NCBI GenBank assembly: GCA_037142195.1
Contig: JBAXBA010000081.1
Location: 1-16,313 of the forward strand
Length of the DNA: 16,313 nt
Direction: 5' to 3'
DNA from: Pseudomonadota bacterium
GTDB lineage: Bacteria > Bdellovibrionota_B > Oligoflexia > Oligoflexales > CAIMVM01
This document shows, one piece after another, positions 1-7,487 of the stretch. Under the pieces are notes generated by a model. The model was given only the letters and a program-made list of their open reading frames with translations, searched no databases and was not told where the DNA came from. The first letter of the stretch is position 1, and each line of letters starts with the position of its first letter. The position numbers and the translations under genes were made by a program.

Positions 1-55
1 AAGAGAAGCGCAAAGAGAAGCGCAAAGAGAAGCGCAAAGAGAAGCGCAAAGAGAA
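1..55 (+). repeat. Perfect 12-bp tandem repeat (CAAAGAGAAGCG)n, at least 4.6 copies, encoding (QREA)n
   Basis: Units at 1-10 (partial), 11-22, 23-34, 35-46 and 47-55 (partial), with no mismatches. Confidence 0.95.
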
Positions 56-349
56 TTAGGACTCATTAAAGTAACGTTTCTAAAAACTTTTTCTAAGCAG
101 GGAGACCTTTCTGAAGAGCCGTCTCTTGCTGAACTCGCACAAGGATTACTCGACGGAACCCGTGTTAATGGCAAGGCCAATGGATTTAAGCAGGATGAGG
201 AAAGGCGCTTTCCAAGGGGCCCTGTAGGTGCAGTAGGAACGTTAGACACCATTTATGTCGATGAAAATTTTAGAATCGCTCAAGGCCCCAATCCCTATAG
301 TAAAGTTGTAGATACATTTATTCTCGAAAAAACAGATGTTCCCCAGTAA
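2..349 (+). CDS. 3' part of a gene truncated by the window edge; PAP/fibrillin-like (lipocalin-fold) protein
   Basis: Manual translation of frame 2 is open to TAA at 347-349: REAQREAQREAQREAQRELGLIKVTFLKTF...GAVGTLDTIYVDENFRIAQGPNPYSKVVDTFILEKTDVPQ*. The C-terminus resembles the fibrillin signature G-x-L-D-x-x-Y-L-D-E-x-x-R-I-x-R-G...F-V-L. It is absent from the supplied ORF track because the start lies outside the window. Confidence 0.6.
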   Translation, partial: REAQREAQREAQREAQRELGLIKVTFLKTFSKQGDLSEEPSLAELAQGLLDGTRVNGKANGFKQDEERRFPRGPVGAVGTLDTIYVDENFRIAQGPNPYSKVVDTFILEKTDVPQ

Positions 350-933
350 CTTGGAAAGAAATTATGTTCAGACGAGGGGCCTCTTAAGTTAAAGTGGAAC
401 CTGGCTCGTTCTTTCTGCTGACTTGGCAGGTTTTTTACTTCTTGGAGAGAGGATCGATTTAGGCAGCTTAGTCGGAAGTGTTTTAAAGATCTGCTGCGGC
501 TTCTTTTTAGGCTCTTGGTTTGATGGATAGAATCAGTTCCTCATCCAATTCTTATAGTCTCATGGCGCTGATTCTTATTTTTAGGCTACTTAGCTGTTTA
601 TTTAAAAATCATATTTCTCCCGTGAGGCCAAATTGGCAGGCTGCCGCTGCGCAATCAGCGTTGCCTTAAAGGCCTTTTTTTAATGAGATAGGACCACTTT
701 CCAGAAGAAGTCTTAACATGCTGGTTTTAATGTATTTTTTGCTCGTGAAGTAGGCCGCGTCCCTACTTATTTAGGCTTGTATCATCAGGCCGTTTAAAAT
801 GTAAATTCCTGATTTAGACTCGGCGCTTGTCTAGATAACAATCCGTTAACAAGGGTTTTTTCGAGCCCATAAGGATTTGTTCAGGCCGGCCATTTTCGGG
901 ACGAAAGGTATCTTAAGAATTCAGATATCTCAA

Positions 934-1015
934 GGTATGACTTAGTGTTAGAATCAGACAACTCATGCTGCTTTTTTTCCTGTTATTGGCAGACGTCTGA
1001 TTCAACTTTCATACC
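934..1015. other. Long imperfect inverted repeat/hairpin ending ~37 nt upstream of the cNMP-domain gene
   Basis: GGTATGA(934-940) pairs with TCATACC(1009-1015), GAATCAGAC(951-959) with GTCTGATTC(995-1003), and CTGC(968-971) with GCAG(989-992). Confidence 0.5.
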
Positions 1016-1052
1016 CTAGGGTTTAGTTAAACTCGTTGTAGAAGGGGTTTTT

Positions 1053-1526
1053 ATGTACGAGGGGATAGGCCATTCAAAATTGTTTAAAGGGTTAGCTCCC
1101 GAGATTTTAACTTTTCTAGAGAGTGAGTCGACTTGTAGCTATTTTAATAAGGATTCCTTCATCGCATTGGAGGGAAGTGAAGCTCACTCCCTCTGCGTCA
1201 TTAAGGATGGAATGGCGAGACTTCAAACATCAAGTCAAGATGGGACACCATCAAGGATAGTCGCTCATTTACATCCAGGAGATGCACTAGGAATCTCATT
1301 TATGGTAGCACCCTATGTCTTTGGTCATGACGCATTTAGTACAGATAAGCTCGAACTTTATGCTGTAAGCGGTTATAAAGTAAGAATGTTTTGCGAAGCC
1401 AATCCTGCCTTGGGTTACAGTCTTCTCATGCGACTTGTAAAGAACATGGTTTATAGAAATGCTGATTTTCGAAGCGATTTAGAACATCAGAATTCTATTG
1501 TAAAGGCCGAATTTGCTAAGCTTTAG
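1053..1526 (+). CDS. Stand-alone cyclic-nucleotide-binding-fold (Crp/Fnr N-terminal-like) protein without HTH
   Basis: 157 aa with cNMP beta-roll features (LF.GL..E.L, EGSEAHSLCVIKDG.ARL, LHPGDALG) and a C-helix NPALGYSLL. It is too short to include a Crp HTH. An AGAAGGGG SD-like sequence lies upstream. Confidence 0.8.
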   Translation: MYEGIGHSKLFKGLAPEILTFLESESTCSYFNKDSFIALEGSEAHSLCVIKDGMARLQTSSQDGTPSRIVAHLHPGDALGISFMVAPYVFGHDAFSTDKLELYAVSGYKVRMFCEANPALGYSLLMRLVKNMVYRNADFRSDLEHQNSIVKAEFAKL

Positions 1527-1726
1527 CTGATTCTAAAGAACGCAAAGATCTCCATCTTTGCTGCTCGGTTCTAAAAAAGTCCCGTAAATAAATTTAGGTT
1601 TCCAGCGGGCTTATGGATGTCTTTTAGGTGCATCTTTAAGAAAGCGGATGTGGGAATCTCTGGATACAACTTCGCAAAAAATCAGACTCTTAATCAAATC
1701 GGATTTTCAGATTCAGACTTCGTTTT

Positions 1727-2911
1727 TTAGCTAAGACGACTTTTAAAGTCTTCATAGCCAAATTCCTTTATTATTCTCAATTCCGCAGTTCTTGGATCGT
1801 AGGTAGAGATGCTAGGCAGCTTGACACCATTGAATGTAGTGGTCTTGACCATGGAATAGTGAGCCATATCCAAAAAAATCAGCAAGTCATCTTTTTTAAG
1901 GGGCGCATCGAATGAGTAATCGCCAATGACATCCCCGGAAAGACAAGTTAGGCCGGCAAGTCTATAGGTAAACTTTTTTTCACCAGGTTCGCCGCTTCCC
2001 AGTATTCTGGGCCGATAGGGCATTTCAATGACGTCAGGCATATGGGTCGTTGCTGATGTGTCAAGGATTGCAATATTAATGTTATTGGACATGGTGTCGA
2101 GGACGCGCGCTATTAAAACGCCGGTATTGAGAGCCACTGCTTCACCAGGCTCTAGGTAGACTTCGATGCCTGGGTACCGGCTCTTGAAGGTACGTATGAC
2201 TGTGATGAGGTGCTCAACATCATATCCTTCTTTGGTGATATGATGGCCTCCGCCAAAGTTAACAAATTTACACTTTTTACGGATGAACTCGCCAAACTTA
2301 GCTTCTACATGAACCAGAGTGCGTTCAAGGGTATACGAATCTTGCTCGCACATCGTATGAAAATTAAGACCCGTGATTCCGTCTAATTCCTTTTCATCAA
2401 AATTAGCCTTAGTTGTTCCCATGCGGCTTCCAGGAGCGCACGGGTTGTATAAGTCCACTTCGACTTCCGAGTATTCCGGATTGACGCGAATACTGCATTG
2501 AATTTCTTTGGGCGAGGCGATTACTTGGTCTCTAAATGCAGCCCATTGGGACGGGGAGTTGAATACGATGTGGTCGGCTAAATCTAGAATTTGATGAAAG
2601 TCCCTAGGATCATAAGCAGGCGCGTAGACATGACATTCTCCGCCAAACTCTTTGTTGCCGAGCATGAGCTCATGCAGCCCCGATGCTGTGGTGCCATTTA
2701 GGTATTTCCTGACTAACGGTGAGACCGAAAACATGGAAAAACCTTTGAGAGCTAATATAATTTTAGCGCCACTCTTTGAAATGACTGAATTGAGAAGCTT
2801 TAAATTTTCTTCGAGATACTCTAAATTAACCACAAATCCAGGAGTGGGAAAAATAGAGTAGTCTGCCTGCCCCATGGGGGCAAGGTCTCGGCTAGACTTT
2901 GAATCCGTCAT
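1727..2911 (-). CDS. nspC: Carboxynorspermidine/carboxyspermidine decarboxylase (PLP-dependent)
   Basis: Motifs ILALKGFS (PLP Lys), TTASGLHE, RVNPE, YNPCAPGSRMG, FHTMCEQ, NFGGGHH, YLEPGEA, HMPD, CLSGD and HYSMVKTTTFNG. Start placed at ATG 2911, which overlaps the upstream TGA (ATGA), rather than at 2953. Confidence 0.95.
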   Translation of the reverse strand: MTDSKSSRDLAPMGQADYSIFPTPGFVVNLEYLEENLKLLNSVISKSGAKIILALKGFSMFSVSPLVRKYLNGTTASGLHELMLGNKEFGGECHVYAPAYDPRDFHQILDLADHIVFNSPSQWAAFRDQVIASPKEIQCSIRVNPEYSEVEVDLYNPCAPGSRMGTTKANFDEKELDGITGLNFHTMCEQDSYTLERTLVHVEAKFGEFIRKKCKFVNFGGGHHITKEGYDVEHLITVIRTFKSRYPGIEVYLEPGEAVALNTGVLIARVLDTMSNNINIAILDTSATTHMPDVIEMPYRPRILGSGEPGEKKFTYRLAGLTCLSGDVIGDYSFDAPLKKDDLLIFLDMAHYSMVKTTTFNGVKLPSISTYDPRTAELRIIKEFGYEDFKSRLS

Positions 2912-4107
2912 GCTAAAACCGGCGGCATAGCGGGAAGCTCGGCCACATCCCAAGGGAGCCCCATTTTGCTAAGAACTTCCAGGAAGGGAACGGGATCCAA
3001 TTCTTCTACATTGAAGACCCCTGGTTTCATCCATATTTTTTTCATCATCATCATGGCGCCGACTACGGCAGGAACACCGGTAGTGTAACTTATGGCTTGG
3101 CTTTTCACTTCGTCCCAACAGCTTTCATGGTCGCAAATGTTCTTTATATAGGCGACCTTATATTTTCCATCTTTTGTGCCTTGCGCGATCACCCCAATGT
3201 TCGTTTTGCCCTTTGTTCTAGGACCAAGAGACGCGGGATCAGGCAAAAGGGCTTTTAAAAACTGGAGGGGAACAATCTTTTGTCCATTGAAATCAATGGG
3301 GTCGATTCGTGTCATGCCGACGTTTTCTAAAGCTTTTAAATGAGAGAGGTAATTTTGCGAGAATGTCATCCAAAATCGAGCCCTTTTTAGGCCCTTGATG
3401 TTTTTGGCGAGGGACTCAAGCTCTTCATGATACATCAAATATATTTCTTTTGGGCCTATGCCCTCAAAGTTAAATGTATGATGAACAGAAAGGGGTGGTG
3501 TTTCGTGCCATGCTCCATAAGCAAAGTATTTGCCTTTAGCTGTCACTTCTCGGATATTGATCTCAGGGTTAAAGTTGGTTGCAAAAGGGTAACCATGGTC
3601 GCCGCCATTGGCATCTAAAATATCAATAGTTTCAATGTGATCAAAATGCTTCTTTTGTAAATAGGCCGTGAAAATGTTAGTTACCCCCGGATCAAAACCG
3701 CATCCAAGAGTGGCCATAAGGCCAGCTTTGGAAAATCTTTCCTGGTAGTCCCATTGCCACTTATACTCAAATTTTGCGGTGTCGAGGGGCTCAGAGTTTG
3801 CCGTGTTAAGATAGTGAACCCCTGTTTCTAGGCAGGCATCCATGATGGTGAGATCCTGATAGGGCAGGGCGACATTGATGACGAGTTCGGGTTTAAATTC
3901 CTTTATGAGCCGTACCAAGTCGCCGACATTGTCAGCATCCACTTGAGCCGTCTTTATCGGTCTAGAAAGTTCACTCGCAATTTTGTCGCACTTTGATTTT
4001 GTGCGGCTAGCAAGGAGTATTTCAGAAAAAACCTCAGGAACTTGGGCGCATTTATGAGTGACAACTCCACCAACTCCACCGGCACCCAAAATCAAGACAC
4101 GACCCAT
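2908..4107 (-). CDS. Carboxynorspermidine/carboxyspermidine dehydrogenase (saccharopine dehydrogenase family)
   Basis: Rossmann motif ILGAGGVG; NVALPYQDLTIMDAC, GCGFDPG, FATNFNPEINIRE, HEELESL and QAISYTTGVPA. GGGGAG SD at 4113-4118. Coupled to nspC. Confidence 0.95.
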   Translation of the reverse strand: MGRVLILGAGGVGGVVTHKCAQVPEVFSEILLASRTKSKCDKIASELSRPIKTAQVDADNVGDLVRLIKEFKPELVINVALPYQDLTIMDACLETGVHYLNTANSEPLDTAKFEYKWQWDYQERFSKAGLMATLGCGFDPGVTNIFTAYLQKKHFDHIETIDILDANGGDHGYPFATNFNPEINIREVTAKGKYFAYGAWHETPPLSVHHTFNFEGIGPKEIYLMYHEELESLAKNIKGLKRARFWMTFSQNYLSHLKALENVGMTRIDPIDFNGQKIVPLQFLKALLPDPASLGPRTKGKTNIGVIAQGTKDGKYKVAYIKNICDHESCWDEVKSQAISYTTGVPAVVGAMMMMKKIWMKPGVFNVEELDPVPFLEVLSKMGLPWDVAELPAMPPVLA

Positions 4108-4217
4108 GATAACTCCCCGTAAAGCTAGAAAAATAAAATCCCAACTCCTCTAATCTAAGAATTGGGTTTAAGCAAGGAAAAATCATGTTAAAAAAGTCAA
4201 ATTGCTTCAAAAATATA

Positions 4218-5000
4218 CTAATCCCGCCAACGCACATGAATGTGATTGTCGTGCGATGGACTGCTAGGACTTAAATGAGAATACTCGCCCAGCAAAACAG
4301 GATCATTAAAGAGCATACTGTGGGCGCCTCCCATAGCTATAATCTCCTGAATTAACTTGCGCATCGCAGGTCGGCTATAGCAGGAGTCCTTGTAGGTGCC
4401 ACAGAAAACCCCAGGTGTATTTCCCATGACAGCTATATCGACATCAACACCTCCCAGATGCTCTTCATGAACGCCTCCATTGCCTCCATTTCGGTCTGAG
4501 ATATCGCCGATGAATAGAGGGTAACCAGACTTTCTGAAGACTCGATTGGCTAGTTCTTTAATGCGCTCAATAGTTTTGGGAGCACCAAATCTCAATTGAT
4601 CATAAGTTTCATATCCAATGCCCGACATAGGGAGTTCCATCAAGGCGCTTGAGGCGGTCTTGGGATAGAAAATTCCGGATGTGGCGGGCTCACCGCAATA
4701 CTTATTGTAGCATGAGTTTTTTCCATTATTGTTCTTACAATCAGCTAAGAGTTTCTCATTACAAAATAGTCTATCTGTTTCGACATCACAGCGATCAAAA
4801 CAAGTCCGTCCCGCATTGCTGTCTAGGCAGGCCAGTATGATTCCTGGTGTGCATTTAGGATCTTTAGCATTATTTCCCAAAATGCGCTCGATGGAAGTCT
4901 TGCGCGTCGAGCTCTCGCTGCTTTGCTCTCTGGGAGCTCCCAAAGGGATACAAGACTGTGCCATCAAAAATAGACAAATAAAAATGTAGTTTAAAAACAT
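4218..5000 (-). CDS. Predicted lipoprotein with Cys-rich repeats and a C-terminal MepA-like (LAS family) murein endopeptidase domain
   Basis: Hydrophobic N-terminus ending in lipobox-like AQSC; FIGDISDRNGG, HEEHLGGVDVD (H-x6-D type) and HDNHIHVR (HxH) zinc-ligand motifs. Confidence 0.75.
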   Translation of the reverse strand: MFLNYIFICLFLMAQSCIPLGAPREQSSESSTRKTSIERILGNNAKDPKCTPGIILACLDSNAGRTCFDRCDVETDRLFCNEKLLADCKNNNGKNSCYNKYCGEPATSGIFYPKTASSALMELPMSGIGYETYDQLRFGAPKTIERIKELANRVFRKSGYPLFIGDISDRNGGNGGVHEEHLGGVDVDIAVMGNTPGVFCGTYKDSCYSRPAMRKLIQEIIAMGGAHSMLFNDPVLLGEYSHLSPSSPSHDNHIHVRWRD

Positions 5001-5088
5001 AAATGCCTCAAAAAAGTAGTTTACCTTGATCTAAAGAATTATGATATTTTACAATAAACAAGAAAAATTCGCAAGGGAAGGTCATGAA

Positions 5089-6081
5089 ATGCTGTCAGGA
5101 TACTTAGGTGATACCGTCGGCTCGACGCCTTTAATTAAGATAAAATCCCTTTCCAAACTGACTGGCTGTGAAATCTATGGCAAGGCAGAGTTTCTTAATC
5201 CAGGTGGATCCGTAAAAGATCGAGCTGCCCTTGGAATGATTCGTGGTTTTGAACAGAGAGGAGAGCTAAAACCAGGTGGAACAATTGTGGAAGGTACAGC
5301 AGGTAATACTGGAATTGGCCTAGCTACTCTCGCGGCCGAGAGAGGCTATCGGGTTAAGATCGTAGCACCTAATAACCAGACTGAAGAAAAGTATACTTTG
5401 CTGAGAGCTTTGGGGTGTGAGCTCACGCTGGTTCCACCGGTGCCGTTTCGAGACGAAAACCACTTTTATCATCAGGCCAAGAGATTAGCTGAGGCAACTC
5501 CAGGAGCAGTCTGGGCCAATCAGTTTGAAAACCCAGATAACGGAAATTTTCATTTTGAAACCACGGGCCCGGAAATTTGGACTCAGTCCCTCGAAAAAGT
5601 AGACATATTTTGTATGTCGGTGGGCACTGGGGGTACGATTTCTGGTGTCTCCCGCTACCTCAAGTCGAAGAATAGAAACATTGAAGTTTATGCCGTAGAT
5701 CCAGATGGATCAGGAATTGCGAGCTATCTTGAAAGAAAAGAATTTGTCGCAAACGGGTCTTCGATCACCGAAGGCATTGGAATTATGAGACTTACCGAAA
5801 ACTTTAAATCCGCTCGCGTCGATTTTCCTCTTAGGGTGTCTGATCAAGACATGATCGATATGTGCCATCACCTAGCTAGAAACGATGGTCTCGTCCTAGG
5901 GAGCTCCGCAGCATTAAATTTGGCAGCAGCTTTAAAAATTGGTTTCAAACATAAAAATTCTAATAAGGTAATTGTAACTATACTTTGCGATCATGGATCC
6001 CGTTATTTCACAAAGCTTTTTAACCAAGACTTTCTGAAAGAGAAAAATCTCCTTCCACATGCAATTTCAGGAAATGTCTGA
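5089..6081 (+). CDS. cysK: Cysteine synthase (O-acetylserine sulfhydrylase family, PLP)
   Basis: VGSTPLI, KAEFLNPGGSVKDR (PLP Lys), EGTAGNTGIGLA, NQFEN, GTGGT and EGIG. ATG at 5089 follows an AGGGAAGG SD; the ORF track starts at 5041. Confidence 0.85.
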   Translation: MLSGYLGDTVGSTPLIKIKSLSKLTGCEIYGKAEFLNPGGSVKDRAALGMIRGFEQRGELKPGGTIVEGTAGNTGIGLATLAAERGYRVKIVAPNNQTEEKYTLLRALGCELTLVPPVPFRDENHFYHQAKRLAEATPGAVWANQFENPDNGNFHFETTGPEIWTQSLEKVDIFCMSVGTGGTISGVSRYLKSKNRNIEVYAVDPDGSGIASYLERKEFVANGSSITEGIGIMRLTENFKSARVDFPLRVSDQDMIDMCHHLARNDGLVLGSSAALNLAAALKIGFKHKNSNKVIVTILCDHGSRYFTKLFNQDFLKEKNLLPHAISGNV

Positions 6082-6224
6082 TTTCAATCCATAGATTTTA
6101 GGTGTCATAAAATAAGAATTGAAGCAACGGTATGTGTCTCGCAAACTGGGCAAAAATTGCTTAACGAAAACTCCAGGATTTACTCCTCAAGCGCCGAAAA
6201 AGAAGCGTAGCTCGGAGATAAAGA

Positions 6225-7487
6225 GTGGAGAAGCGGCATAAAACGTTCCATGAAAAATATTTTCAAAACCTTTTGGGTTCTGTTGTAACTTGCCTTTTGG
6301 TGACACTTATTCCATTTTTCAAATACTACCAAGCATATCCTTATATTTTTGGGTTTTGTGGTCTGCTGTTGCTGGTGTTGGGATGCTTTTGGATCGCTCA
6401 ACACAAATGGGAATCATTTCACATTCGGGCTAGCCACATTCTGTTTCTAATAGCTCTGGGACTAGTGGCAGCAACTTTGAATGAAGTTCTCTTGAATTCT
6501 GTCGGGGGCGGAAATTTAATTTGGTTTGCGCTCATCTCTGTTTATGGCGTTCTGTATATAGGCCCATCCTATCTATGGAAGTGGCTGCCTTGTTTAGTCA
6601 TCAGTTTTATTTGTCTGAAACTCTATGTTAATAGCTTGGGAGTGGTACATTTCGAGCCTCACGCAGTACATACTGTCTTTGTGGCAAACTATATCTCCTC
6701 TATATTTGCGCTCCTTTATGCTTGCTACTTCCTTATCGGGCGAGAAAGCCAAATTCATGCGGAGTTAACCTTAAAAGAAGTGGTCAAAGGTGATGAAAGT
6801 CGCATGGCGATTATTTCAGTTGTAAATCAAAACATTGTCAGAAAATTTCTAGATCCTCTTAAAGTTATCATTCAAGCCAATTCTGCCTTGATGAAGCTAG
6901 CCCCGCTTGAGACTTCTAATCTCGAAAAAATATCGGTCGGTATTACAAATTCATCGGCTAGAATTCTAAATATAACTAAGTCACTATTAAAAGTATCTGG
7001 CGATGAAAAAAATAGTGATTTCGAATTTGTCTCTCTTCCTGAAATCATTGATGATGCAGCCTCCTCATTTAAACAATCAAGAAATATCCGTTATCTTAAT
7101 ACTAAAGTAGAAGGTGCGTTAGGGCAATTCTTTGTGTTCGCCAATCGACATGAATTTAGAGAGGTCCTTTTTGTCTTGCTACAAAATTCTTTTGAGTCAA
7201 CTCAAAAAGTCGACAGTAGAAAAATTGATGTCACTCTGTTTCGGCAAGGAAAAACGGCAGTGATTTCTGTAATTGATAGCGGCGTGGGGATTTCTAACGA
7301 TGTCAAAGATCAAATTTTTAATCCTTTTTTTTCCACTAAGGAGATTGGAGGAGGCACCGGTCTCGGGCTTTCTGTAGCAGCTGGAGTGGTGGAGTCGCTG
7401 GGTGGTACTATAAGACTAGCCTCTGGAAAGCCAGGTAAATGTATTTTTCTTATCCAATTGCCATTGGCAGATAAGGATAGGTTATGA
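6225..7487 (+). CDS. Multi-TM sensor histidine-kinase-like protein with intact HATPase but no phospho-acceptor His (pseudo-HK)
   Basis: About 6 hydrophobic segments; N box LLQNS, G1 DSGVGI, F box IFNPFFSTK and G2 GTGLGL. The H-box equivalent reads NIVRKFLDPL. GGAG SD at 6214-6217 precedes the GTG start. Confidence 0.8.
   Translation: MEKRHKTFHEKYFQNLLGSVVTCLLVTLIPFFKYYQAYPYIFGFCGLLLLVLGCFWIAQHKWESFHIRASHILFLIALGLVAATLNEVLLNSVGGGNLIWFALISVYGVLYIGPSYLWKWLPCLVISFICLKLYVNSLGVVHFEPHAVHTVFVANYISSIFALLYACYFLIGRESQIHAELTLKEVVKGDESRMAIISVVNQNIVRKFLDPLKVIIQANSALMKLAPLETSNLEKISVGITNSSARILNITKSLLKVSGDEKNSDFEFVSLPEIIDDAASSFKQSRNIRYLNTKVEGALGQFFVFANRHEFREVLFVLLQNSFESTQKVDSRKIDVTLFRQGKTAVISVIDSGVGISNDVKDQIFNPFFSTKEIGGGTGLGLSVAAGVVESLGGTIRLASGKPGKCIFLIQLPLADKDRL

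Noticed and set aside
1..55. CRISPR interpretation of the tandem repeats (also 14519-14570)
   Set aside because: Units are 12-13 bp with no spacers, and there are no cas genes in the window
423..439. Sigma-54-like promoter TTGGCAGGTTTTTTACT
   Set aside because: The -12 element is AC rather than GC, and it lies more than 600 bp from the next start codon
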